DNA of 64,000 nt from Podarcis vaucheri. Taxonomy: Eukaryota. The translations under genes and the position numbers were made by a program. Positions 44,601 to 58,272 of this stretch are shown here, in pieces. Below the pieces are notes generated by a model. The model was not told where the DNA came from and did not search any database. It saw only the letters and a program-made list of their open reading frames with translations. The stretch lies in NCBI GenBank assembly GCA_965113315.1, contig OZ220372.1, one strand, 5' to 3'. Each line of letters opens with the position of its first letter. The first letter of the stretch is position 1.

Positions 44601-46805
44601 AAATGGGCTCGGTCGCAGGAAAGGCTTAAATCTCAAGTGTGAACAGACGGGCAAGAAATCAAAGGAGGATTCTGACAGTCTATCACAACCATAAAGTACA
44701 ATGCCAACCTCAGGCCAGTAAATCATAGGTTGCTCTCTGGATCAGGCAGAATAAATGCATTAGTTGCCGTAGTTCCTCCTGGTGTTGTTTTGTTTTCAGA
44801 CTGTGGAGCGGCTTTGCAAATCATCCGTCTTCTTAGGAAGGGGTTCGCAGCGTGACCCTGGAAGCTGCCACCTTCAGTATTTCTGATTTCTCCATCAAAA
44901 TACTGTAGGCAGCTTTCTAGATTTATTTTTCATATGCTACTCAGTGTCTTGTGTGGGGCCATGACCCATAGGATCAAAGGTCTTAGTCTTAAATTAGATA
45001 AACCTTAAGTAGTATAATCACAATTCTATCTCTTGGATAAAACCCCATGGTACCTAATTCAGTTACCTAATATATGACCTGGCAATAGAAGCTGCAAGGC
45101 AGAAGCGGTAGAGTTTGCTTGCTTGCTTCTGTTTGCAACAAAGCAGTCTTTCAGGTGGAATCACAACTGCTGCCCACAAACTAACCCTGCTACCCACAAA
45201 CTACGTAATTCTGTGTTCCCATTGTTCACAAAGAAGATGACCACCTGCAGTTCAAGTGGTTCATCGCACACAATTCTTGGAGTGATTGATGGTGTGTGTG
45301 AATTGCGTTGTGGGGTCCTTTAATCTGGCCTGGGTGTGGGGTAAAGGAATCATAGGGGAAATTAATTGCCGTGTGTAGATCCACATTCTGCATATGGCTA
45401 ATTTGAAGATGCCATGGACATACTCATCTATGATTGGTGGGAATTTGTGGCATTCAATGCAGATGGCAGGGAACTTGTTTGAGCTGTTTTAGTTTGTGGT
45501 GTTTAAAGAGATACTGCTTTGCTTTTGCTGCTGGGTGCACATGTGATGTCAAATACGTTCTGCCAAAGTTATAACGTATGCTATCAATGTAGCTAAGACG
45601 GTAGAATTATGGGTCACTTTCATTCATCCTGTTTCTCATGGAGTAAAATGACACACCATGCTGCTGCTTTGAGCTTCAGAGTTAGTGGGTGTGGAAAACA
45701 CCATACTTGTAATCTAGTTTCTACTTCTATGGCATCAGCAGAAAATCTGTCGCAAGATTTCCAGGAACCTTTCTGTACTGTTTATCTTAAAGCCATATTT
45801 ATACAAAACTAAAATAGAGCAATGACCTTATACATAGTCTGAGGGTGGCACTATATTTGGGGCCCAAGTGTCGTTGGTGGCTAGAGGTGCCTTTTAACAG
45901 CTTAGGTTAGTTCATTAGCTGCAACACTATCTGAATAAAGCAGACTTTGAGTTTTGTTAAACATGCTCTGGTTATTCTGGACTAGATTCTAGACTGACGC
46001 ATTCAGCTCCACCCAGCAAGGCCAGTGGCCAGGGATGGTGAGAATAGAGGTGCAGCAATATCTAGAGGCCCACAGGGCAAGTTTAGAGCCCTTCTGGTCT
46101 CAAGTATAACTCTAATTCCTAATGCTATATAGCTTGATACTGAGAGGGATCATCCAAAGCTGCCAATTAATCTTCTTACTTTTGCCATCAGTTTTAAGAC
46201 ATGCTTTATTAGGCATCATGTTCCTAATTATGTTCAAATACTTTACCACACTGTGAACATAACATACTGTACTTTAAGGCAACGTCCCCTAAATCCTGTG
46301 AACTGTAGTTAACCCTTCACAAAGCTACAGTTCCCAGCACCTTTAACAAACTACAGTTCCCAGGGTTCTTTGGATGGAGTGTATGCAGCCTGTTTTATAC
46401 AAAGAGACAGACTGGTACCATTTTGAATCAGTTGTGTGATTATGTCAGCATCTCAGTCCAGTAGCGATAGGTGTTGCAAAGCCTGCTTAAAACTGTGATT
46501 ATTCCAATGGGTGCAGTCAGCTATCCCATCCCCCAGTCACGCTTCACACCTAGACAAGTTGCCCAGAAGCAATGTTAACAAGCCTCAGCTCTTCCCTGGC
46601 ACCCCTTACACAAGTCCCTCCCACACACTGCTTTGAGCCTGGAGGCCTTACCTGCAAGATCCTTGCCCAGTGCGAGGAACTGAAATGCCTGCAAAACACA
46701 CACACACATACACACCCCTGTCACAGTTGTGGGTGTGCCAAGCCTAATTAGCCTAGCAGCCTGAAAGCTGAATACCGCTGTCACCACAAGAGAATAGACC
46801 AAATA

Positions 46806-47378
46806 TAGTGGTACCTTGGTTCTCAAATGCCTTGGTTCTCAAACAACCTGGAACCTAAACACTGCAAACCTGGAAGTAAGTGTTCTGGTTTGCGAACTTT
46901 TTTCGGAAGTAGAACGTGTTCCGTTTTGAGTGTTACACTTCCATTTTGAGTGCCACACTTCTGTTTGGAGTGCCACACTTTTGTTTGGAGTGTTACGCTG
47001 ACAATTTGAGTGCCACACTTGTTTTGAGTGCCACACTTTCGTTTGGAGAGTTACGCTGAGGTCTGTCTCTTTTTGCTATTTATTTTGTGTTTATGTGGCT
47101 CTTTTTGTGTGTGTGTGACCATGTGGAACCCAGTTCAGCTACTGATTGATTGTGTGACTGCGGTACATTGTTTATTGCGTTCATTTTATGGATCAATGGT
47201 CTCGTTAGATAGGAAAATTCATGTTAAATTGCTGTTTTGGGGGTTGTTTTTAAAAGTCTGGAATGGATTAATCCATTTTGCATTACTTTTTGTGGGAAAG
47301 CATGCCTTGGCTTTGGAACGCTTTGGTTTTGGAACGGACTTCCGGAACAGATTAAGTTTCAGAACCAAGGTACCACTG
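46806..47378. mobile_element. Tc1/mariner (pogo/Tigger-like) MITE with internal 20-21-bp tandem repeats
   Basis: TAGTGGTACCTTGGTTCT ... AGAACCAAGGTACCACTG termini; GAGTGCCACACTT-containing units repeated at about 46925-47055. Confidence 0.7.
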
Positions 47379-48149
47379 TGTCCCACCAGATCTGTAGAAT
47401 AGACCTCCATAGCTGAGTGAGAATTTGAACCCAAGTCTCCAACATGTTCACAGCCAAATGTTCTCTTCAATGTATCAGATTGGTTTCCAGTTCTCTTGGG
47501 CACAGTGGATATGATACACCAATAGCTGAAACAGCTGCCTTTGGGGAAGAAAATAAAATTCCAGATAGAATGATGGTGATGCTACACTTAAAAGAAAAAA
47601 AGTATATCAGAATTACCAGATGGTGACCAGGTGGTTGAATCCCATCTAGAAAACTATGTGTTTGGATGAAGAAACTAAAACCAGTAAAAACTGAAGTTAA
47701 TTAACAGAGACTTGGAAGCATTCTTCCAGCGCTTTGCCAAACCTGATCATTCATAGCTGCCTAATGCATTTGGATCATGTTAGGAATACCTAGCCAAACA
47801 TGGCAAAGCACTTAATCACAAATTGAAAACAAAACAAAAAACTGAGAAAGTTTCCCAACAGTTTCAAACGGTTATGTATTTATTCAATTTATGTCCCATG
47901 CCACTTAAGGCTCTCAGCAACTTGTACAAATATTTTGTAAAGAATTGTTTTAAAAAATATAATTGGATTTTTCCTAACTCTTGCAATGTCACCCTCCCCG
48001 CATGGCAGTGACTCTGAGAGCAGGTGGTAGCTGTTATGTCTGCTCTTGCTCTGAGGGATGGGCAACCTCCCACCTGTTCTTAAGCCACTAACCAATGACT
48101 GCAGCCGGTATGTTTTTTCTTTCACCTACCTACAGTTTCGGGGCAACTG

Positions 48150-48386
48150 ACAAGGCGATCCTTGGGGAAGGCCATGAGTAGTTAGTAGCCACAATGACCA
48201 CGCCTCCACAGTCAGGGGCAGCAAAGCTTCTGAATACAAGTTGCTGGAAACCCCAGGAGGGGAGCGGGCTCCTGTGGTCAGAACCTGCTTGGGGATTTCC
48301 CACAGGCATCTGGTTGGCCACAGTGGGAACAGGATGCCGGACAAGATGGGCCTCTGGCCTGATCCAGCAGCCTCTTACGTTCTTAT
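48150..48386 (+). mobile_element. CR1-type LINE 3' end
   Basis: GGCATCTGGTTGGCCAC...GGCCTGATCCAGCAG...TTCTTATG tail, shared with about 61740-62041; boundaries approximate. Confidence 0.55.
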
Positions 48387-48570
48387 GACAGCCAAGCAGC
48401 CTTTTATTTGGGTGGGAGAGGGCCTGTAGAACCCTGTCCCTTGCAGCCCTAAGAGAACGCAAGCTGGATCTAGCCCAGTATTCTTTTCCATAAGCAGGAC
48501 CTGAGTGCAATGGCATTGGCCTTACTTGCTACCTCTGAAGGCAGAGGTAGGACTTCGCTTTATCCTCCAT

Positions 48571-48924
48571 GACCTTTAAAGCCCTAAACAGCCTCGGTCC
48601 TGTATACCTGAAGGAGCGTCTCCACTCCCATCGTTCAGCCCGGACACTGAGATCCAGCGCTGAAGGCTTTCTGGCGGTTCCCTCATTGCGAGAAGTGAGG
48701 TTACAGGGAACCAGAGGGCCTTCTCGGTAGTGGCGCCCACCCTGTGGAACACCCTCCCATCAGATGTCAAGGAAATAAGCAGCTGTCCTATTTTTAAAAG
48801 ACATCTGAAGGCAGCCCTGTTCAGGGAAGTTTTAAATATTTAATGCTGTACTGTTTTTAACATTTGATTGGGAGCTGCCCAGAGTGGCTGAGGAAACTCA
48901 GCCAGATGGGCGGGGTATAAATAA
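48571..48924 (+). mobile_element. L2-type LINE 3' end
   Basis: FKALN.LGP.YLKERL...AFSVVAPTLWNTLP...FKRHLK ORF2 C-terminal motifs followed by a 3' tail. Confidence 0.75.
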
Positions 48925-51900
48925 TATATTATGACTATTAAATTATTATGAATTTGTCAATCCTTTTAAAGCCATTTAACTTGGTGGACATCACTACATC
49001 TTACTGGAGCGTATTCTGTAGTTTAACTACGTGCTGTGTAAAGAAGTACCTCCTTTCCTTTATGCTTTGTGCTTCTAACATTCAGCTTCATTGCCATCTT
49101 CCCCAGCTTTAATATTATGAGGGAGAAAAGCCTCTGGAGCTTCTAGCCAGAGACTGAATCCAGACTGAGGGCAGAGTACCGTTTGTGCTCATGTCCTGTT
49201 TGTGGCTCCCCCCAGGCATCTAGCTGGCCACAGTGAGATCAGGCAGGGCTCGTCTGACGTCCTTTGCCTGACCTCAGTAGTCCTCATGCCAATCAGTGTG
49301 TGGTGGCATGAATGTCCCAATTATTAGTAAACAGTACATGTGACATCCTAAAATAAGCACTTCCTGTGGCCCACGCCATCCCATGGACTTCCATTTCTCC
49401 TTTTCCTCTCAAAGTTAAGACTCTTCAGTGTCTGTGTACTTCCCCTCACTTTGATCAGCAATGGCTGGTATAATCATCTGACACCAGTTTTGATTTTGAA
49501 AAAAACACCACAAAGTAACAGGCCTCTTCCATCCCTCCACAAGGCATCAGCAAGCCGTTTTGTGAACTTTCACTCCAGGGTTGTTGTTTTTTCGTCTTTT
49601 ACACCTGCACATCAGCAGCAGGTGGGGGGGAAATGCTTTAAGTCACATATTTGGAATATTGTCTCAGATGACGTTGCACTACAATACTATATGGGCCAAA
49701 AGCGCCAATCACGGTTACATGTATTTATAACCCTAAATTGTGATTATTGACATCTTCAAACAGCAATTTGCTTTGTGGTAATTTGCTACCATAGAAGCTT
49801 GGGAGGCTGAAGAGCTGATTAACCTGAGGCATAGTGAAGTACACCAAGCTAGCTGTACACAACTCTTTGTAATAAGGCCACAAGCCCCATGAATGTATGG
49901 GCCATGTGCTAACATCTCTAAATAGCAACAAGAACTGTCAATGTGCTTATAAAGTACATAACCACCTTCTTGCATGGCACAGGCACCGCCTCTCAGATTA
50001 GGCAGGATTTACACGAATGTGAACCATGCAGCAAGTTTAATGGTTTACATACACCTTCTCTCTCTCCTTTACACACACTTTACTGCATGTAGGCAGAAGT
50101 AGAGTTTCAGAAGATCTTCCTCTGGACTTCTCTCCTGCTGATTATCATTTTTTAAAAAATCAAGCATGATATGCATATTTAGCCAGTCTATACTATACAG
50201 TTGGTAAACCTATGGCCCTCCAAATGCTTTTGGACTACAATTCCCACCATCCCTGGCCACTGGCCTTATTGGCTGGGGTAGATGCAAGTAGAAGGTTTGA
50301 TGTTTTATGACTCTTTTAAAAGAGTGCTGTGCTTGAACTACTATACTGTATAAGCTTTGTTCTGATTTGCCTCTGGGCAGACTCTCTTAACTGGCAGTTT
50401 GGCAAGAACAACCCTGCTAAGTTTGGCCAGGGCACAGCCTGACTCCCTCCTTTGGCAATCCTCACAGAACTCTAGCCCAATGGTTGCCATCAATTTGATT
50501 TGAATTAATTTTATAATGAAATGATTTTAGAATGTTATATTATTTTAGTGTTGTTAGCCGCCCCGAGCCCAGCTTCGGCTGGGGAGGTCGGGATATAAAT
50601 AAAATGTATTATTATTATTTATTATTAAGTTGTTCTGTCCTCATGTGCAGTAGTTAATAAACTAGGTCCCTAACTTGGATCCGTTGCACTTGCTTTTATT
50701 CTCTTAGTTCCATGTTTTTATTTCAGGTGTACCCTCACCTGGGTAACAAACCAGTGGTGTAGAAGAAAATTCTTGCCACTCTGTTTTTCAGTAAGCAATG
50801 CCAATGTCATTGTGGTACGTACAAGTGGGATGGATCAACAGTCATTTGATCAGGAGGACATCAGGACATCAAGGGTAGGGAAACTTTGGCCTTCTACATG
50901 TTGCTGAACTACAACTCCCAACCGTCCCAGCAAGCATGGCCAATTGCCAGGGATGATAAGAGTTGTAATTCAGCAGCATCTGGAGGTTCCCCACATCTGA
51001 AGTACGTAAGTAATGAGAGTAGTGACATCATGGGAACTGTGTGACATGAGACTTGGTACTTCATTCTAAATGAGAGGTAGCTAAAACAGAAAGATCTATC
51101 CTAGGCCACAAATGAATCACTTTTTGATCATGTTTCATACCAGCCATGTTGCCCACGCATGAAGAAACAGATGAGCCACCTTGCCATTCTCGTTCCAAGG
51201 AATAATACAGCACACACGGTGAGGGTTTAAAGTGCACACTTTTATTTTCTATTACAAAGGCTAAAAGAAGCAAATCTGTCTCATTAGGAACAAGAAAGTT
51301 GTTATAACATCTACATTATTATCTTGGATACTAGACCTTCTGAAAGGTACTATGGATTTCTTTGTAATAGTAAAGCGTGGTATTCTTAAAATATAGTAAT
51401 ACGAAGACATTTTGAAGGACTCTCCAACTTATTACAAGATCAGCTTAGAAATATAGCATCTCCCTTCACTGGCTTTCCCCTTTCACTCAATTTCTTAGGG
51501 ATGGCCTGGTTGAAGGCCTGGTTAATCACTATCCCATTCAAACCTACCCTTCCCTCAACTTTGAGGATCTGGGAAAGGAGTCCTCCCTCCTTTTTTGGAG
51601 CATTTTATAATACAGTGACTGAACCAATAACTTTATTTTATGTTAAGAAAGGGGCATTGCCAAGCTCTTTGTAGCACAGTTTGTTCAGTATTTAAACATA
51701 ACCAGTGACCTAATTTCATTATAATTCTCAGATGTGTCTGCCCTCCTGAAAATCTTTCCCTTGCTAGGTCATTTATGGTAGTTATCCAAATGCTTATTTC
51801 TTTTATTCAGTTGTTCTGGAGCAGTGGGCTGACACCCTTGATTGCTGAAGAACTGCTAGTGCTATGGATACAGTGAGATGCTATAGCACAAAAAATAACC

Positions 51901-54900
51901 CCATCCTATTTATATAAAGACCAAGGGGAAAAGATAAACAGAGGACAAAGTACCACCCCCTGCTCTTGACAACGTCCATTTTCTTAAGAAAATAATCAAA
52001 AGGCTTTCTTTAGCACCTTATTTATTAGATGAACATTTCTTCCCATGGAATGGGCAGATATTTACATGGGTGAGTTCACCACTAATTGGAGTAATGATCC
52101 CCTGTCAGCATAAATAATTCTTTTTCAATGCAACAGAACTATTCCTCCCCCTAACATCATTTTGTTTCAATAAGAGATGCTGCATTTCCCTAGCTAGAGT
52201 CCTTTTCCTTAACCCTCAATAAAAAAAGATTCCTTCAATACCACATACATATATAATATTATATAGAGTGATATATTTAATACCTGTGTATATATGTTTT
52301 ATGGAAGGGTTACATATATACACACTAGAACAAGTCCAGTGACAAAATACTGCAACACCACATATCAGGTTATCATATCAGGAAAAAAACAAAAGTTGAT
52401 TCTCACTGCAATGCCCAGGAATATGTGTTCCCACCCCTATAAACTCTGCTTCCATAAACCACAAAAGCCCTTTTCTCCCCCATCAAAGTAGTATTGATTG
52501 GAGTAAAAAAGGCTGCAAAGCAGTTTATTTTTTAATTAAAGAGGAAAGGAAACATTTCCCACCCCATAATCTAAATAAATTCACATATTATTACTCATGG
52601 TAGAGCATACACTTATATAGTTACATTTCTAGATGCAGATAGTTTAAGAATTTTAAACATCCATTTTCTTATGTGTGTTTTCCTCTGTCTGTCCCAAATA
52701 GGTTAACATTTCAACTCCAGAAGCTGGTCAATTGCTCTCATCAGTATTTTGAGAAATAGGACCAACAGACTGAAAGCATAATGGCCAAGCAGACAACAAG
52801 CAAATACACAGAATGCTTATGTGTGGGAAGGGGAGTGATTTGGCTCATTCAGTTGCAGTTGAATTTCTGTGGCTTTGCTTAATCCAGTGTCATTAAGACT
52901 ACTAAACTGGCAAGACAGCAGAAAATGCCAACTCCCTTTTTATCAAAATCTAGGCCAATGGAAGACACATAACATGATATGAGTGGTTTTGTTTCAAATT
53001 CTAGAATAATCAAATCAATAAAAGGGAATCATAGCTTTCGACGTGTGGATTATTCCATGGAATGGTGGTGGTCAGGGTACATGACTACCATTCACTGGGA
53101 GTTAAACACACAAAAAGCTATAACCTTCTCCTAGAAGATACCAATGAAAAGTACCTACATCTCCTCTTTAGGAATACAAGTTTTTTGTCTAACAAAATAT
53201 GCCTATTTGAAAACAAGTAGCTGGTTTTGCTTATAAAAAGAGCAAATATCTTTAAATTGGTTTTACGATAGGTACAAGTGGGTTAATAAGTGTGAAGGCC
53301 AGATACTGACAAAAATGAGTAATGGGGCATCTGATCATCAGTTAGAAAGAAAATAAAGCAACAAAAGGTTTCAGAGAACCCTAACCTAGTGATCTTATGT
53401 TCCCCTGCTCACTCTACTTCCCCTTCCTTATCACAATTATTTGGGCCTCTTCATGTCTATAGGGATAGCTTATATTATCTTAATTAATATTATTTAAGTA
53501 GGAAAGGGTTATAAAATTTGATTAAATATCAAAAACTCTTAGTTGGACAATTTCATAAAATAGATAGTATAACCAAGACTGCAGGTCCTAGATAGATACA
53601 TCTCAGCATGAAACCTCCTCATTCAGATCACACATCATCTGCTTGAAAAACATAAAGCAAATATTCCAATACTGCATACTAATTTTTAATACACATATTA
53701 GTGCATTTCCTCTTAGACCCAAAAATAGAATTGCGCCAACTTGTTCAGTCACAAGTGCTGAGCATTTTAGCTTGCAAAAATATAAGTTGTGCACATTTTA
53801 GATCACCTGCATTCTTATCCAGAACAGATGTGTCCAACACACACATCATGCCAAGTGTCATAAAATGAAAGCACTTTCCCCCCTTCTTCAACCCCTATTT
53901 CACAGAACGTTTTGTTTAATGTTCCCATCATTTTTTGCAGACGTTTACAGCCCAGTGCTGAACATGCTTACCCCAAAAGCAGCCCCCATGGCGTTCAATG
54001 GAACTTAACTCATAGAAAGCATGCTTTGGATGATAGCTTCTGGAAGCTCACTTTTAAAGGTGTATTAAATAGTACTGATAAAGAAGAGATCATATTGTCT
54101 TTTAGGAACCTTGTCCACTGTCAACGAGCGGACAGAAAGCTGATTTAATGTATTCTTGTTGCCGGAGGCTATTTGTAGATAATCTATTAGTTTTGGAAAT
54201 GAAACATTCATATGCAAGGAAGGTTTTATTCTCCTTCTTTGTAACCTTGGTTTAACCAGTTTCTCTTGTGGAAACATTTTTAACTTCTCTCTTTGCATTT
54301 AATTATATCTTTGATTTCAAGTATACCTACATTTTTTATTATCTGAGTGGCACCACATATTTTACATGACAAAAAAAAAAGGTTTCCAACCTGACTCTGC
54401 TTTTTATATGGCAAACATTTTTAATCTAAACGACTGGATTCCTTTTACATAATTTCTGTCCATTTCTGCTATCATTGCTTTTTGGTCTTTGCAGACACAC
54501 ACACCTATCCAATACGGGGAGCGGGAGGCACCACTAAGGTGGAACTGACACACTTTCAGTAACAACCAAGCAAGCTCTCTGCACAACCTGCAAACATTAA
54601 TTTTTCTTAAGCACATGTCAATCCTCAAAAGAGCATCTTGGTTTTTGGTGTCTCTACGGAGAGGTAAAGACTGCATTGTACAATTGCTCCAACTGTAGGA
54701 GGAAGAATCTTCACAGTTATGCTTAACAAACAAAGGTCCAACACAACAATCTGTTATCAATTTGCTTTTTGGGTAACAGAATAAGCTATATGGGAAGGCA
54801 GGGAATATACTGTTGCCTCCACCTCCAAAGGCAATGTAGTGATAATCTTTCTAGCTGGACTAGAAATTCATTGTCCTCCCTTACCTGAGAGGGATTGGAA

Positions 54901-55549
54901 TGGGCAGAAAGGAGGAGGTAATCTTAGAATACACAGAGAAAAATATGATCTTATTTTTTACTACTGCCTACAGCAACCACCAGAGTCACCTCAAAACTTT
55001 AAAGATAGCTTGAACTGGGCTTGTTTTAAGTTACTTCCTTATTCTTCTACACAATAGTTTGGGTGTCTGTGGAGAAGAAGCACACAGCACTGCACAGTCA
55101 CCAACACTGAACAAAACCCCACTTGCTCATCATTTCTCCACTATCTCTCTATGCTCATGTCCATGATGCTGCAATATTCCAGCAATCAGGCACCCCAAAT
55201 AAAGGATCCAGGAGCTTGGGAACCAAAGTGAGAAGCCCCCTCCCTCTTATTTACCAAACACCGCAAAACAGTATCTTTTTTTTTTATTAAGTTGAAAAGT
55301 GGTAGATTGAAAAATTATGTTTAAAAAGGGAGCAGGGGAGATAGAACAAAAGTCTAGGAGCATCATGTTCCCTGGCTATAGATGAATCAATTCAAAATCC
55401 CATTCAACATCAGTAAATCATCTTGATTATCTTACAATCAAAGAAAGGTTTGTGGAAGAACTACCAGTCTCTTTGTCACTGCCCTGCTCCTTCCCTTCCC
55501 ACATCTCTGGTTCTGAAAACCTGCCTGTTTTCTCACCACCCTCAGTAAA

Positions 55550-55742
55550 TTATATGCTATCCCGTAATAGGAAGCTGTATTTGCCAAAGTCGTCATCTCT
55601 GGGGCACAGCAGCATATCCTTGCGGGCTTTGGCCAGCTTCTGCTTCATGACTTCCCTCCGATCCAGCCACTCTGTCAGTTCATCCTGGCCATGAGCAGAG
55701 CGACACTTCTCCCCTTCAGGGCAGGATTTTGTCTTCTGGAAT
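55550..55742 (-). CDS. ZC3H7B: ZC3H7B last coding exon (CCCH finger, stop TAA)
   Basis: ag|(R)FQKTKSCPEGEKCRSAHGQDELTEWLDRREVMKQKLAKARKDMLLCPRDDDFGKYSFLLRDSI*; phase 2. Confidence 0.94.
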
Positions 55743-56101
55743 CTGCAGGAGGACAACATATGGCTTAAGAGACTTTAGGGTTTTTTTTCATTTTTAACCA
55801 TTTCCCTCAGTTCTTCAGTATCTGACACCAGAAAACTAATTTCAAACTACAGAGGGGTTTTTTCTACTAAACATAGCAAGGGCCCAAGGCAAAAGAGGGA
55901 TACTTTTTTGGCAAACAAGCCAGCCGGGTCAATTGTCAGGTATGATGGGAGCTGGAGCTGAGCAACATCTGAACTGTAACTGTTGTTTAAAGGTATGAGA
56001 TAACCTTATTAAAGCAAACATAAGTAAGTCTTAAAGAAACAACAGCAAACTTATCATGCCTTTATAGTTTATAGTAAATTATATATTGTTACTTTTATTA
56101 T

Positions 56102-56314
56102 CTCCTGCCAAACTAGCAGTTCGAAAGCATGTCAAAGTGCAAGTAGATAAATAGGTACTGCTCTGGCGGGAAGGTAAACGGCGTTTCCATGAGCTGCTCT
56201 GGTTTCCCAGAAGCGGCTTAGTCATGCTGGCCACGTGACCCAGAAGCTGTGCGCCGGCTCCTTCGGCCAAAAAAGCGAGATGAGCACCGCAACCCCAGAG
56301 TTGGCCACGACTGG
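56102..56314 (+). mobile_element. Sauria SINE, truncated
   Basis: Near-identical to the core of 33742-34096. Confidence 0.88.
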
Positions 56315-56762
56315 CCAGTTTTGTACCATGTCTGAATTTCACCAGCTATTGAGATATAGTTAAAGATGTTGGTAAACAATGTAGTACAGACATCTGGTGG
56401 CAGCAGTTAGAGAGTGAATTGGCAGCAGTAAATAAAAGCTGGCTCTCCGCCTATTAAAAATAAATAAATAGATGCGCCTCTCCACCTATTACTAATAAAC
56501 ATTTAGCCTGGAAAAGTAAATAGTAGCTGTGCTGCCCCATTAGAAAATTCCAAATCAATATTAGGGCAATAACTCTACCAGGCCAACCAAAACGTGACAA
56601 AACAGTACATAAGCTTCTGAGTCCTTCAGAACTCTTCGTAAGGCTAGACAGCAATGGGGTGAGGAAGAGCTGAAGCCAAGGACTGTTCTCTTTATTAATC
56701 TGGAGTTACATATTAACTGCACATGTAACCAGATGAGAAGGGGGTAGTTTTGTGCACAGTAC

Positions 56763-56926
56763 CTTTCACACAGCCGGAACTCCCCCATTGGGAAACGGTA
56801 GTTCCAGCAGCTGGAGTCGTTCTCCGATGTGAAGACTTTTTCTTTATGCTTCTCTGACTGAATGTGTTGCTGCCATTGCTTCTTGCTGTTGCTGTTCTTC
56901 CCACAAAGCCAGCAATGGTAACCCAT
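56763..56926 (-). CDS. ZC3H7B: ZC3H7B coding exon (C2H2-type finger)
   Basis: ag|MGYHCWLCGKNSNSKKQWQQHIQSEKHKEKVFTSENDSSCWNYRFPMGEFRLCE+AG|gt; 164 nt, phases 0/2. Confidence 0.95.
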
Positions 56927-57880
56927 CTAGCCATCAGATAACAGGAGAACACAGTTCTTTAACTTCCTGCTGTTTCACTGAACAACTGCTCCATAAAAGG
57001 GTTAGAAAGGGCTCCTCCAACCACCTCCATGCCTAGTGTTCAATAAAACCAATTTGCCCATGACTTAAACATTTCCACTAATTAAGCTGTATAGAAATAG
57101 CTCAAATAAGAATAAAAGAAATCTATTGTTCTATGTGTTTCATAATTTGATCACCAACTAGATTTTCCTTTACTATCCACTTTCCAAAATGTTTTGCAAC
57201 TGCCAAAGATATTCTGGGTTTTGTGGGGGGAGTGGTGGAGAGAAAAGGAAGAGGGGGAGGAAAAAAGGGGTGCATGTGAAAAGTTGGGTGCAAGGGGCTG
57301 CAAAAGAGAGGGAGGAGGAGGGATGGCAATGAGGATGGTGAAAACAGGTGCAAAATGGGGCTGCAGAACAGAATAGAAAAGTACCGTAACTTCAGAAATG
57401 GGGCTGGGAAAGTGAAAAGCAGCCTTTGTAGTTGCATGGGATGGCAAGGAGAAGCTCTTGGGGATTAATGTGAGGAGAATGGCAGGGGGACTGATAAGTG
57501 AAACAGTGAGCAGGGGCACAGGGGTGTGTGGGGGTGTAATAAAATAGAGTCAACATTAAATCCTTCATATATTTCACTACTCATACAAGGATTGGGTCTT
57601 CCCAAGACTTCATGTCATTCCAGCAAAATACATGCAATTTCTTTTTTTAAAATGGTACATTGTCTTCATAAAAAAATCAATATTTATTATTTGTTTGACT
57701 TAAATGCTTGCTGCTAAGAGCAACGGCATAACATACAAAACAATACCTCTCAATAAAAATCATTCCAACAACCCCAGCATAAAAACAGCAAAATCTTCAG
57801 GAGCAGCAACATTCCACCCAATGGGCCATCAACCAGCTTATGGATGGCAAGCGACAGATTGCGCAAGAGAAAGATGTTAC

Positions 57881-58011
57881 CATGTCAGCATAATCAGTGG
57901 GCATCTGGATCTGCTTCTCCCCTTCCCGCGATGTCAGAGGTGTCCCCTCACCCGGCTTCCCAGGAGTGTGTTTTTTCAGCCACATGTCGTAGGTCTGCTG
58001 CATATCCAAAA
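57881..58011 (-). CDS. ZC3H7B: ZC3H7B coding exon
   Basis: ag|(I)LDMQQTYDMWLKKHTPGKPGEGTPLTSREGEKQIQMPTDYADM|gt; 131 nt, phases 1/0. Confidence 0.95.
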
Positions 58012-58149
58012 CTGCAATGAAATATCAATTTGAGGAGCCTCCTTTCCATCATATCAAGCACAATATCTCCAAGAGGAAAGCTTTACAAGCTGCTTTATAC
58101 CAAAATCAGAGCAAGAGCTCATCTAGTTTGGTATTATCTTAGCATTCTT

Positions 58150-58272
58150 GTAGCTCAGCTCTTCAGCATTTCAGACAGGGGTCTCTCTAGAAGCCCTACC
58201 TAGAGATGCCTGGATTTGAACCTGGGACCTGCCACATGCAAAAGACGTGCTCTGCCACTGAGCCAAAGCCCC
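58150..58272 (-). mobile_element. tRNA-derived SINE (Squam3-like)
   Basis: Minus strand GGGGCTTTGGCTCAGTGGCAGAGCAC (A box) ... GGTTCAAATCC (B box); degenerate, not an intact tRNA. Confidence 0.65.

Noticed and set aside
46925-47055. CRISPR-like repeat array
   Set aside because: Vertebrate DNA; the units are directly tandem with no unique spacers and lie inside a MITE.
58150-58272. tRNA gene
   Set aside because: A and B boxes are present but the stems are degenerate and the sequence continues into a SINE body.
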